From positions 18,605,708 through 18,649,322 of the forward strand of contig NC_068983.1 of the NCBI RefSeq assembly GCF_001194135.2: a stretch of DNA of 43,615 nucleotides. Direction: 5' to 3'. The DNA is from Octopus bimaculoides. Lineage: Eukaryota. A program made the translations under genes and the position numbers. The notes beneath the pieces were generated by a model. That model saw only the letters and a list, made by a program, of their open reading frames with translations, searched no databases and was not told where the DNA came from. This document shows, piece by piece, positions 12,291 to 25,312 of this stretch; within the stretch, counting starts at the first letter, position 1, and every line of letters starts with the position of its first letter.

Positions 12291-12740
12291 TTATTGTCCT
12301 CAAGGTATTCTCGATTTTAAGCAATGCATTTGTCCAGACGCGTTTTCCGCTATTCGAAGCAGTGCTGGAACTCTTGCCAAGTGAGGCATTTTAACGCCTC
12401 CAGGAATTTCTCTTCACTTCTACATCTGCAACGTCCGTAGCACCAGCTTTCGTCACCATTGATGACCTTCGAAAATAACTGTTCTTTCGGTTCACAACAC
12501 GCATTCACTCGTGACTGCTTTTGATGATTTTGTGAGAAAGTGAAGTACAAATTCTTCTGCGACTCTTCTCATTCGCAATTCCTCGCTCAAAATTCGTTGG
12601 CTGGAGCTTCAGGACACACGAGTCGTATAAACATGTTGGTCAATCATCTGATGACGGCCCTTCATGATGTTTTCATTGGTTCGGGATGTGGACGTTCGCC
12701 CTGAACGAGGTTGGTCTCCCAACAAGAAGTGATCATTCTT
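12291..12740 (-). mobile_element. Internally deleted mariner (DD34D-type) transposase relic
   Basis: Minus-strand fragments DQPRSGRTSTSRTNENI (HTH linker), SKVINGDESWCYG (first catalytic Asp), FLEALKCLTWQEFQHCFE*RKTRLDKCIA..EYLE (C-terminus); the region containing the second and third Asp is missing. Confidence 0.85.
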
Positions 12741-12746
12741 AAATTA

Positions 12747-12775
12747 CCCGGGTAAAACCGGGAAAAATAGCTAGT
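12747..12775 (+). mobile_element. Helitron-like 3' terminus (hairpin + CTAG|T)
   Basis: CCCGG-gtaaaa-CCGGG hairpin, 8 nt, then CTAG followed by T. Confidence 0.35.
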
Positions 12776-12845
12776 TATCTATAAAGATAATGATAAAGTG
12801 TCTAGAAAACATTATTCAAATAAGCAAAATTTGTAATAAATTGTC

Positions 12846-13687
12846 AGGATACGATAAGTACCTGTTTGCTTGAAAGAGGAGTTAAAACCCTCCAAAACCA
12901 CTCATCCCTCCGTAAATGTAAATACGCACGGAGAATATAGCAAACATTTCTCTGAGACAGTCCTCCCATTTGTAAAATACAAATAAGATCAAAGACACGC
13001 ACGGAGCGGTAAATATGTTTTTCGAAATAGTTTATATAGCAAGTGTGGTTGACGAGCATTATGTTTTGGTTCAACACAGGAGGTGAAATCAGTTGATCCC
13101 GGAATGTCTATGATCTTATTTGTATTTTACTATATGCAATTTACGAATGGATGAACTGTTTCGGGGAAATATGTTTGCCATATTCTCCGTGCATGTTTAC
13201 ATTTAGTGAGAGATTAGTGGTTTTGGATGATTTTAACTCCTCTTTCAAGCAAACAGGGACTTATTTTAGGATAAATTTTACTTCTTCAAATAATGTTTGC
13301 TGGCCCCTTTATCATTATTTTTAGATAACGGTAATTTATTTGAATTTTAAAATTTATTCTTGCTCACAAACGTTCGATTGAAAGTCGCGGATACCTTCAG
13401 TTGAACAACGCTCACGGAGAGGTAAATATGTTTTTTGAAAAACTTTATATAGTAAGTCTGGCTGACGAGCCTTAACTGTTGGTTCAACACAAAAGGCGAC
13501 ATCGGTTGATCCCAGAATGTCTATGATCTTATTTGTATTTTGCTATATGTATTTTACAAAAGGGTGGACTGTTTTGAAGAATTATGTTTGCTATATTCTC
13601 CGCATGTGTTTACATTTAGTGTGAGACGAGTGGTTTTGAAGGATTTTAACTCATCTTTTAAGCAAACAGGTACTTATCGTACCCTAA
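12846..13687. mobile_element. MITE-like foldback with ~150-bp TIRs and a duplicated right half
   Basis: 12846-12997 is the reverse complement of 13105-13270 and of 13518-13687; 12997-13270 recurs at 13408-13687. Confidence 0.8.
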
Positions 13688-13818
13688 CTTTTTTATGTGG
13701 GATCGAGGTGTAGGAAGAAAGTTAGCTTCAGGCAATCGGTAGTAAATATAATCAAGATATCCTTAGCCTGAAGAGTAACCTGCGGTATACATATCACCTG
13801 GATATATACCCCTTCTAA

Positions 13819-13905
13819 GGGGTATATATAGGGGTATATATAGGGGTATATATAGGGGTATATATAGGGGTATATATATAGGGGTATATATAGGGGTGTA
13901 TATAG
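13819..13905 (+). repeat. 12-bp minisatellite (GGGGTATATATA)x7
   Basis: Seven G4 runs starting at 13819, 13831, 13843, 13855, 13867, 13881 and 13893. Confidence 0.95.
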
Positions 13906-13973
13906 TCCTGACTAACGCTATGAAACATATGTAGCCCGGATCTTATGTACTCCATTTCGCAACTCTTTTGTAT

Positions 13974-14007
<34 letters not shown>

Positions 14008-14053
14008 GTATATATATGTACATATATATACATATGTATATATATATACATAC

Positions 14054-14123
<70 letters not shown>

Positions 14124-14360
14124 GAAGAGAGAGGGAGAGAGGGAGTTGGAAAGATAAATAGAGAGATAGGTAGATCGATAGAAAGATATGCTTGTATTTT
14201 ACGTGCGTAATGGCTTTTGTTTTCTTCCTGTCATGTAGTTATAAACTTGTATATCAACAAAGCAGCTAACATTAGCGAAGCGATAGGAATTATTGCAATG
14301 TATATATACAACATTGTTTATTGTTTACTCAAATATAAGTCATTCTTTTATATAGTTTAG

Positions 14361-14403
14361 GGATTTGCCTTCTGGAGGACATGTGCTCAACCGATAAGAA
14401 CTG
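14361..14403 (+). CDS. Candidate 43-nt exon of an unidentified gene (ICLLEDMCSTDKN)
   Basis: tatagtttag| acceptor, CTG|GCAAGT GC-type donor; phase-compatible with neighbouring candidates; no homology recognised. Confidence 0.25.
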
Positions 14404-16621
14404 GCAAGTACGCATTTGCATGTTGCTATTGAAGCTTTGTATCGAAATTACCTTTGCAATTACTGCTATTTCTCAGCATTCATATCCTCCGAAAATTTCT
14501 CACGTACATGACCGTTTATGTATATCAACATTCAGTAATGCTTTATTTAATTAGAATTATGCGTTTTGTAAAGAACATTGCAATATGTTGAATATATCAC
14601 ATAGCTTCTAAAGAAAACTTGAATGACAATATAAGCGAATATTATGCATAATTCAGCGCATTCTTTTGCATATATCTGACAAGTATATATTTTATTACAC
14701 CTCATAAAGATAACACCATACTCTCATTCCGAATCACCAAACTTTATAGAATGAGCTCTTCTACAAATAACATGTTGCATATCCATTCAATGACGAGCTG
14801 AAAATATGTCTGTGATAAAATAAGTGAAGGAAATGCATATTATTCTATGCATTTCCCTGTATTTTTCTGTCTTTCAAACCTCCGATAATAGGTACTTATT
14901 TCCAGTAATTGAAAATGTTGCAAATATGAGAAGAAATATTAGCTTTCTATTGATTATATGCATGCATTTCTATCATATGTTTCGTGTTATGCTATTGCAT
15001 TCTTTATAAAAAATCTTCTTTCCCTTCAGCAAACTATTCCTTGGAATTGAATTAAAAGGGATTCCAAATAACAACAAAAGAAAATGAAATAAATAAAAAG
15101 AAACAGAAACACGAAGCATTAATTATATAGTGAAAGATACGTAAATATATTGGAGGAAAATCGAAAAAGTGTCAACTGAGATAAAAGTTTCGATACATAG
15201 TCTATTTATTCCTTCAATTATGAAACACAAAAATATTTAAGATAAATTAAGGAGAAAAATTAGAAATTCAATTTACAAAACAATCCTTTTAAATGGGTAA
15301 GTGTAAAATCAAGGCTCAACTCTTTATGCTATCTGCTGTTGAGATAGACGCCGATGTTTATGATTTTCATATTTGTTTGAAAAATAATTCCATGACAGTA
15401 GAATATTTGTACCAACTTTATTGCTACAGTAATATTTTTGTATAATTACCAGATCAGAAATCTAAATGCTAAAAGTAAATGTAAACTTCTAATTAAGTCC
15501 TGACTAACGATTTCCGCGATTTCTTATTTTGACATCTAAAATACTGATACTGTGTACGCTTGCATGTGAGGCCAACGTCAGAGAAAGGTAAAAAGGAAAA
15601 GAGATTAAATGTGAAAGGCATTAACGAGAGAAAATTGAAGATATTATTTGTATGACTTTAGGTAATGCATATGTGGTTAAGTATTTCTCAACCTTAGATC
15701 TGAATACTGACATTCCTTACAACAGATATGTATGTATGTAGGTAGGTAGGTAAGTAGGTATGTATGATAAGTGCCAACTCACGAAACTCGCGGATTTTAA
15801 GTCACTCTGTTGCTTTTGCTAAATAATAATAATAATGTACTGTTCCGTGATAATAGGATCAACAAAGAAGTACTCCATCTGGGTAATGATGTGTGGTTTG
15901 TGCCTGATGATTATGTTTGAGATCGTTTTCAATATATGAAACTATTAGTAACACATAAATTTATATAAACAACCGAACGCACTACTAATAATTTCATGCT
16001 TTTATTATACTTGAACATGCAGGATGTAGTACTTTTTGTTGATTCTACCTTTATTGGATGTTTAAACTATATGTAAATACATACACACACACATGCGTAC
16101 ATACGCAAGGGAAATAGGAGATGCTTCATCGTGTACTGTTTGTTACGTGAGCATGTATATGTCTGTATATGAGTCTCTTTCATTGATTTGTTCTCATGTA
16201 ACGGTTAGTTGTCGGGGTGATAAAAAATCCAATGAAAGAAACTGAATATGGATAGGTCTTCTCTTGTACAACGTATACCTTCGAAAGACCTGCAGAATTT
16301 TTAACATAGGCTATGACATATGGTTAGAGAATTTCGGACACACTGTTGTACAAGGCGTTTGATTTTGTTATCTGTAATAACTAGTGTTAGGAGTAATATT
16401 ATTACTTCTATGGAATGAAGTAATGAATCGAACTCTTGATTTAACAACACGTACAACAGTAGCCAATTTTTTTCTAAGTCGTTCTGATAGCATTGAAGAT
16501 ATAATTAGAGCTGTAGGTTTGTTGCATTTACTCTATAGTAGCATTGATGTAATGCAACATTCAGCAAAGATTTCATTTTGGTTTTTCACTCTCTAACAAC
16601 AAATCAAAGTTGAAGTTGCAG

Positions 16622-16664
16622 ATATAGAACTATTTAGATTTCAACACATCTATGACACAGTTAC
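16622..16664 (+). CDS. Candidate 43-nt exon (IELFRFQHIYDTV)
   Basis: CTAAC branch-like motif 25 nt upstream, ttgcag| acceptor, TAC|GTAAGT donor; only one frame open. Confidence 0.3.
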
Positions 16665-16946
16665 GTAAGTTGCTAATACTGTGCATATGATGTGCGTTTC
16701 AAACTTATTACGTAATTGCAAGCAAAGTATTAACGCTATAACATGTACATACATTTCCATACCTTTGAAGTTATCAAATATATAAGGCTGATATTGACAA
16801 TACCGAATTATTACTTTCACATAATTTCGCCTTTATATTAATGATGTTTGCTCATCTCCGCATAGTTTAACTTCTGCATCGAAAACTGAAAAATGATTGG
16901 AAATGAAAGATGTAAGTGATGTATACACACACATGCACACACACAT

Positions 16947-16998
<52 letters not shown>

Positions 16999-17177
16999 AC
17001 ACGCATATGTACGCACACAAACACACATGTATATATCTTTGTATTTCGGGATGGTCGTATGTTTTTGCCAAATAAACACATGCATTAAATATTCGTTCTT
17101 CACTCGTTTATCACTGTTCTTATTCTACCTCATGTCCATTGTCCAGAATCTTTCGTCACACATCTGTTAATTCTTAG

Positions 17178-17234
17178 TTCATTCTGGACTAAGAGCAAAC
17201 ACGAGGACGGATATTGTCGATGAAGTGGTCAAAG
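17178..17234 (+). CDS. Candidate 57-nt exon (HSGLRANTRTDIVDEVVK)
   Basis: aattcttag| acceptor, AAG|GTATGG donor; only the phase-1 frame is open; locally GC-richer. Confidence 0.3.
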
Positions 17235-17548
17235 GTATGGGACGAAAAATTTATTTTAGATCTTTTACTTTGGATGCGCCTTAAATCTTCGACGTACTGG
17301 TAACTAATTGTATACTCGATTAAGTTTATTCCTTAATATTTTTATCTCCGATGACGGAGTAGTTAGCATTCGTGGTAATCTTTACTCAGTAACATGCTCA
17401 ACGGTCTAAGCTATTTTAGAAACAGCTGTAAGGAACTTTACGCATCACTTCATAATCCCTTATTTAATATAACTTTTCTGCACTGTGTTTGAATTATACA
17501 TTTAATGCTCTAAAGAGATACCACACGTTTTTTCTTGTCCATTCCCAC

Positions 17549-17604
<56 letters not shown>

Positions 17605-18130
17605 ATTTGTATATATGTATATATGTATATATATATACCTTATTAAATACCTCGACAATACATCATACGTTTCATTATATTTCTACACTATGTAAGTTGA
17701 ACTTGTCAAACATCAATAAGAATCTTCTAGCAAATTGTCTTCCCTGTGAATCCAATTCTCTTGTACGTACACTGTGGCTTACTATTAATAAACAGATGCT
17801 ATACGGCCGGTGCATTGATTTGACCAAGGGACTATAATGCTGCTAAGGAGGCCCTATATACATATTCACATGCATTTAAAATATTCATGTATATATGCAT
17901 AAATTCATGAACGAATCTCGTGTTGGTTGGTTGTGTGCGTGCCGTATGTGTATGTAATTTCGTGTAGTAAATATTGGAAGACACACTTTGTCCTATAATC
18001 ATATGCCCTTTTCAACTGATGGAATCTCTGCTCTCATTTTATTATTTATTTTCCCACAAACCATAACCTTTCACGAGCCCGCTCTTTTGCCGTGAAACCT
18101 CTCATGCAACCCTCAATATTGCACAGATTT

Positions 18131-18564
18131 TAAGGCGGTGAGCTGGCAGAAACGTTAGTACGCCAGGCGAAATGCTTAGCTGTATTTCGTCTGCCGTTAC
18201 GTTCTGTGTTCAAATTCCGCCGAGATCGACTTTGCCTTTCATACTTTCGGGGTCGATTAAATAAAGTACCAGTAACGCACTGGGGTCGATATAATCAAAT
18301 TAATCCCTTTGTCTGTCCATGTTTGTCCCCCTCTATATTTAGACCCTTGTGGGCAATAAAGAAATAAGAAACGTTAGTACGCCGGGCGAAATGCTCAACG
18401 GTATTTCGTCTGTCTTTTTGTTCTGGGTTCATATTCCGCCGAGGTCGCTTTGCCTAACATCCTTTCGAGGTCAATAAATTACGTACCATTTGCGTACTAG
18501 GTCCATCTAATCGACTGGCCCCCTTCCCAAAATTTTGGGCCTTGTGGCTAGATTAGAAAAGAAT
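18131..18564 (+). mobile_element. Two head-to-tail SINE family A copies (18131-18367 and 18368-18564) with different 3' tails
   Basis: Second copy starts at gaaacgttag immediately after the ...aaagaaataa tail of the first. Confidence 0.85.
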
Positions 18565-19303
18565 ATTGCACAAATTCTCTGACACAGTTTTGTAAATTTC
18601 TTAGCCAAATCCACATTTAGCAGAAATGTATCAATGAATTTCATAGAAGTAAATTTTGACTTTAGTACCTTTTTCTTATTACTAGTAAGGAAGGTATAAT
18701 TTGTTTCTTATTTTCCGGAAGGTAGAAAGCATCATAAAGATACGTTAAAAGGAACAAAAACATGGCATACGTCCGTTGATTTATGATTGGAACACCGTTT
18801 CGTGCAGATTCCTTTTCCAGAGAATAAATATTACTATCAAATTTGGCACAAATGCACCAATTTCGCGAAAGCTGTAAGTCAATTAAATCGATTCAAATGC
18901 TAAACTAGTATTTATTTTATCGGTCACAAAAGAGAATTCAGAACTCAGCGGTCACATAGAAACCAATTGCTTATCATCTGGTCTGTAGCCCTCACCTAAA
19001 ACATTTACAAAAGTAATGTTGGAGATGTTTGAATCTTTTTCTGTTACAACGAAACCATGGCCCGAATTTAAGGTATTGTTGCTCTCCAGTATCATAAGGT
19101 TTTTTTTTTGTTTTTGCGTCACCATTTCATATACCATAATGATATCAAACGTAAATACAATTGAATGTGTTACCCGCAAATGAACTGTTTCATCTTCGGG
19201 ATTTTTGCACGACAGATTGGGAAAGAGGGATTTTCGAAAGAAGAAATGCCAATCAGTATCAAAATTGCTTCAAAACATTAGCAAATAATTGTTCAAGACT
19301 TAC

Positions 19304-19361
19304 AGTGGATGCAGCTTGCGTTGTGAATCTTTTGTGACACAGCATGTATGCGTGGGGTTTG
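19304..19361 (-). other. Candidate 58-nt minus-strand exon, frame undetermined
   Basis: atcttaatttccactttag| acceptor and ACT|GTAAGT donor; all three frames open; no partner exon established. Confidence 0.2.
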
Positions 19362-20884
19362 CTAAAGTGGAAATTAAGATTGTAGAGTACAGTGACTAAG
19401 TGCGATAGAAGTGTTTCCTCAACAGACATGTGATAATGTGTATATATGTATATATATGTGTGTGTGTGTGGGTGTACGTATGAATACATGTGTTTTCATA
19501 CATACATTCACATACATAATCTTATAATATACGTTTACAAACATAGGATTATAGTTTTCTCTGTACGTATCTGCATGCGCACACATACATATAAATATAG
19601 ATTTTACCCGAAAGCATATATTCTGTCACCCATGCGAAGGAACATACGTAAATATTTCAGAAAACGGCATATGAATATTTTTTCTTGTTAAGAACTGCAC
19701 TCCTGATGTATATATANNNNNNNNNNNNNNNNNNNNNNNNNNNNNNNNNNNNNNNNNNNNNNNNNNNNNNNNNNNNNNNNNNNNNNNNNNNNNNNNNNNN
19801 NNNNNNNNNNNNNNNNNNNNNNNNNNNNNNNNNNNNNNNNNNNNNNNNNNNNNNNNNNNNNNNNNNNNNNNNNNNNNNNNNNNNNNNNNNNNNNNNATAT
19901 ATATATATATATATATATGTATATACATACATACATACACACATACACATATATATATAGATGGACACACGGACAGAAGCACACTCGCTGGTGTATATGT
20001 ATTTGTGGTGAATTGAATAAATTGAATAAACACAGAAGATATTGAAAGGGCAGATGACTGTGAGGAATACATATAAAATATTAATGCAAATATGATCAAC
20101 GCTTTGGAGCATTACGCCATTATGCTTAAAGATAATGCTAAATGATTCTTGGTTGCATGCAGATATATAAATAATTTAAAGTATATAAATATATCAAATG
20201 TTAACGTTGAGTAAAACTAGATTATGCCTACACCTGAAGGTAATTATTAAAAATGCTATATATCTTTGGGAAATAGTGGAATACAATATTAAGGGATGTT
20301 TATGTGCTGAGAACATAGATAAACACCGACGAAAATAGATGTACACAATTCACAGCATTCTTTTTATAGAAGTAAAAATGTTCACTGAAATACGAGAAAG
20401 AATTCATACGCGTATTTGTAGAAGGCACTGAAAGTGACACATACATACTGAATATATATAAATATATACACACATACATACATACATATACACACACACA
20501 CACACACACACGCACATATATATATTTATATACATACAAACATACATACATACATATATATATATATATAAACGAGGGGCCGTTGAAATGTTCATGACTT
20601 TGAGTAAATGAAAATACAGGAGGATCAGTTAATTATGATTTTATTCAACATATTCCCCTCTCGGTTTCACACACTTATTGCAGCGCTCCTTCAGTTTTCT
20701 AATCCCAGTAATAGAACTCGGAAAGTTGGGCCTCAAACCAAGCCTTTCGCGATATTCTTAAACTAAGGAATTTTTCAGCACCCTCTCGTATATATGCCAA
20801 TATAAAATTTACACCAATTATATATATATATATATACACACATATATATTTATATACACACAAACATATGTACGTGTGTGTATC

Positions 20885-21075
20885 TCTGTGCCCCTCCCGC
20901 TGTCGCTTGGAAACCGATGCTAGGGTGTTTATGCCCCACTAACGTAGCGGTTCGGCAAAATACACCGATAGAATAACTACTAGGCTTACAAAGAATAAAC
21001 TTTCGGGTCTATTTCTTAGACTAAAACACCCTTTGGTAAATACACAGATGACGTTGCCGCGGAGAATGGCCAACC
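20885..21075 (+). mobile_element. SINE family B, 3' half after a TA/CA microsatellite
   Basis: Homologous to 25108-25312. Confidence 0.65.
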
Positions 21076-21077
21076 GC

Positions 21078-21212
21078 TTATTTTATCGACCGCGAAAGGA
21101 AGAAATGCAGAGTCGGCCCTGACAGCATTCGAACACAGATCATATAGACAGAGGAAATGTCGCTCATCGTTTTGTACAGCGTGCTAACAATTCTGACACC
21201 TCGCCACCTTAA
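21078..21212 (-). mobile_element. SINE family A, 5' part, diverged
   Basis: ...ctaacaattctgacacctcgccaccttaa is the reverse complement of the family head. Confidence 0.6.
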
Positions 21213-21479
21213 GGAAGCAAAAGATTGGTAAATATCTTTAGAAAATTGCAGAACCTTCTTGTTTCTAAAACGAATATAACAGAAATCAATGTATACAAAT
21301 TTTATCTTACAATAACTGTTATTCACTTCATGTTTACTTCTGTCTCCATATTTACATCTAGTCTGTTATTTCTTATTCTGTTTTTGAAAACCCGCGCATG
21401 AAATTCCACGTAACAGATGGTGATTCATTCTTTCTAATGTAGTTGTTGAATAGGCAAAAGTTAGAAATAAAGGAAGACC

Positions 21480-21962
21480 TGTCCACATCTACTATTCATG
21501 TCGGAATCGGTGAGGCTTGGGTAGCTTTAAATAAATTGTCAACGGTCTGGAAATGTAAGCTTCCATTCGATACGAAATGTAGATTTCTTCAGGTGGTTGT
21601 GCAATCAATTCTCTTATATGGATGTACAAGAGGAATTCTAACAAAGCGTCTTGAAAACAAAATTGAAGCAACTTATACAAGAAAGATTGCAGCTGCTCTG
21701 GACAGCTACTGCAGACAATACCCTTCGAAAGAACTTCTCTATAGTAATGTACCACCAATATCACACGTCATCAGCGAAAGATCATGTTTAGCTAGACATT
21801 GCTGGAGACTAAAGGATAAGATCATCGAACCTAAATATACTGTGCGAGAAATCCGAGTGCACCCAAGAAGACCTACCACATGCAATGGTGGACCGAATAG
21901 ACACGTGAAAACGAGTGAGGGAAATTTGTGCAATGAGCATGACCGGATGATGATGATGATGA
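21480..21962 (+). mobile_element. RTE-clade LINE 3' fragment (RT C-terminus) with (GAT)n tail
   Basis: IGEAWVALNKLSTVWKCKL...QSILLYGC...LTKRLENKIEATYTRKIAAAL...HCWRLKD; ends in gatgatgatgatgatg. Confidence 0.8.
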
Positions 21963-22652
21963 ATAAATATCCTAAACCTGAGCATCTTTTTAAAAAATCA
22001 CATCGGCTTTCTGTTTTAAATATTTAGGGCTTGCAATATTTTGCATTGATTTGTGTGAACTTTTTTTTATTCTTATTGGGGCTCCTGATGTTGCTGTTCA
22101 AAATGTGATAGCATGATTATAATAACTCATTTGCATTTTGCTGTTCATGATTGTTGCTTGCTATAGTTAGCGTGATCAATAGGACGTTTACCTGGAACTT
22201 CTAGTAGAACGTGAAAGCTTAATGTTTGCATCATGAGGTAACACAATGAACCATTGTTCAACTTTCTTTATGATGTCAATAATAATGCTTCATCATGTAT
22301 TATTTTAAAGTAAATTTCAGTTAATGCATCAACAGAATTATTCATAAAGAAATCAAACTAACTTTATTTCGAGTAGTACATATCGGAGAGTGCTAAATAT
22401 CGCAAACTACTTTTTCAATATCTCTTAGTTTTTAAGCAGTTTTAAGCAGATTTTATTTTAAAATCTATGTGTTGTTGTTGTTGAGATGTTTTGCGTTCAT
22501 GCAAAGTATTTAACAAGTTACCTTTAAAACATTCACTTAAATTGTTTGTTAGTTGTAGTTTACGTTCACATATGCACACATACACGCACAGACAGACAGA
22601 CACACACACTCACACAAACATATGCACATATACGATATATATNNNNNNNNNN

Positions 22653-22686
<34 letters not shown>

Positions 22687-23848
22687 CATGATTTTATATG
22701 ATATTCTGTTTTAGTCTTAATTAACTGGAATATAGTATCTCGCGAAATATTACATTTCTTGCGAGACTTCTATCTTACAGAGTTAATACATACTAAGGAG
22801 ATTCTACTGTGATTGTGGATTAAGCTATAGATAAAGATTATATAAGCTTACTGACGCTTGAAATTAAATTATTTGTAATCACTGGTACTTATTTGGAATA
22901 AGATTTCATACGGATCTTTAGCAAATGCTAGTTTTGTTGCATCTAAGTTCAAATTAATGCGTAACAGAATTACACTTGTATTACAAAGGAATTAGCATTA
23001 AAATTAAAAGTTTCCTTCAGTAACTACTGTTACACTTTCCTTTAAACAATAGATGTTGCCACCGATGCACGGAAATGTTAGTTAAAATCTAAGCTGAGCA
23101 CAAAGAAGATAAGCTAAAAAATTAAAAGCAGTATTACGAAGGTAAGTTTTGGGTCTCTATTATCTTGTAAGCACACTAGAAATTATGTACTATCACTTTA
23201 TTAGCCACAGAACAAATATTACCAATGGGATTATAAATTATTCTAGATCACTGGAACCTATACTCATGTATCTTGTGTTCGAATCTGTATCCCTGAAATA
23301 TCCCTTTAAAAGTGAATTTCATTTCGTCGTTATTTTTATTGGAAGATTCGTATTACGATTTTGCAATGCGAATCTTGCAACGAAATTATATATTTCTAAT
23401 TGAAAAGCATTCACCACTATAAATGCATTTAATTATGCACGTGCTCATTGTACGTATATACATTTCATATTTCTCTTGCTATAATTTATCCATTCAGCCA
23501 TCAGTAATTGTTCTTCACGATATTGTTGTTTTTTTTTAACCAAATGGTGATTACGTAATGTTCGTACATTAGCTCCATTTCCTTTTGAAAATGTTACGCT
23601 TTTCAGTTATTTCCACAATAATATATTATGTATTGGTTCCCTTGTTCAACTTGCACAATCAAAGATGGGTAACTAAAACCCATAGAAAAGGAAAAAACAC
23701 TTGCTGAGCTTCAGTACCAAAACAAGAAACAAATTATCTCTACATTCAGAATTCAGTACTCGCTTTACCCTCTTTTGTTTACACTATTCTTTTCAAACAA
23801 AGATGCATATTTCTGAATGCAAACACACGCATGCACACATGATTGTAC

Positions 23849-23902
<54 letters not shown>

Positions 23903-24157
23903 GCATGTATGTATGTATAAGTGTGTGTTTCTGTATGCGCGTGTGTGTGGGTGTGTGTGCGTGTGTGATGGTGTGCGTGCTTGTGTATGAGTGTGTGTTT
24001 CTGAATACGCTTGAAGAGATCGGGGCATTTGCATGACAAAATACAGTGAATGGCTTTTTCACAGGTTCGAAAATGACTGAAGCATATTTGAACTCGTAAC
24101 AGGTTTGTATTTATACACATCACTGCTTAGCACTGCCATCCCTTACTTCCTTTCTAG

Positions 24158-24314
24158 GCGAGGTGCTGAATAGCAAATTCATTCATCTAACGATGATAGG
24201 AATGTTATGCGAAGGGACAGGTCTCTTGAGTCAGTTTGTAGCGTCTGATTTTCACCTCTCTGCTGTTGAAGAGGAAAAAAACACTCCGAATTGTAGCATT
24301 CAACAGACTTATTA
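24158..24314 (+). CDS. Candidate 157-nt exon (EVLNSKFIHLTMIGMLCEGTGLLSQFVASDFHLSAVEEEKNTPNCSIQQTY)
   Basis: Strong ccttacttcctttctag| acceptor, TTA|GTAAGC donor; only the phase-1 frame is open, compatible with 17178-17234. Confidence 0.33.
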
Positions 24315-24502
24315 GTAAGCACTGCGAACTAATCGGTGTATTTGCGCTTATTTGTCTACACCGAGAAGTTTTCTCCATTACAAAATACACGGTTTTCGTA
24401 CGGATTCGAATATGCCTTAAGAATATTTGCACTGGTAACAATGTTTGTACTTGTACACATCACTTATTAGCGCTGTCACCCCGTGTGTGTATGTGTGTGT
24501 GA

Positions 24503-24550
<48 letters not shown>

Positions 24551-25107
24551 ATGTGTGTGTGTGTGTGTGNNNNNNNNNNNNNNNNNNNNNNNNNNNNNNN
24601 NNNNNNNNNNNNNNNNNNNNNNNNNNNNNNNNNNNNNNNNNNNNNNNNNNNNNNNNNNNNNNNNNNNNNNNNNNNNNNNNNNNNNNNNNNNNNNNNNNNN
24701 NNNNNNNNNNNNNNNNNNNNNNNNNNNNNNNNNNNNNNNNNNNNNNNNNNNNNNNNNNNNNNNNNNNNNNNNNNNNNNNNNNNNNNNNNNNNNNNNNNNN
24801 NNNNNNNNNNNNNNNNNNNNNNNNNNNNNNNNNNNNNNNNNNNNNNNNNNNNNNNNNNNNNNNNNNNNNNNNNNNNNNNNNNNNNNNNNNNNNNNNNNNN
24901 NNNNNNNNNNNNNNNNNNNNNNNNNNNNNNNNNNNNNNNNNNNNNNNNNNNNNNNNNNNNNNNNNNNNNNNNNNNNNNNNNNNNNNNNNNNNNNNNNNNN
25001 NNNNNNNNNNNNNNNNNNNNNNNNNNNNNNNNNNNNNNNNNNNNNNNNNNNNNNNNNNNNNNNNNNNTATATATATATATATATCTGAGTTTATCTGGGA
25101 GTTTTCT

Positions 25108-25312
25108 TGTCTGTGTTTGTCCCCACCACCGTCGCTTTACAACCGATGTTGGTGTCTTTAGGTTTCCGTAAACTAGCGATTCGGGAAAATGACGATTAAA
25201 ATAAGAACTAGACTTCCTAAAAATAAGCGCTGAGGTCGATTTCTTCGACTAAAACCTATTATGGTGGTGCTCCAGCATGGCAGCAGTCAAATGACTGAGA
25301 CATGCAAAAGAA
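25108..25312 (+). mobile_element. SINE family B, 3' half
   Basis: gtgtttgtcccccacc...acaaccgatgttggtgt...ggtggtgctccagcatggcagcagtcaaatgactgagac. Confidence 0.75.

Noticed and set aside
18952-19179. 75-aa minus ORF with N-glycosylation sequons
   Set aside because: No convincing acceptor, includes a poly-A run, no family recognised
23053-23141. Strong AAG|GTAAGT donor
   Set aside because: All frames from nearby acceptors contain stops
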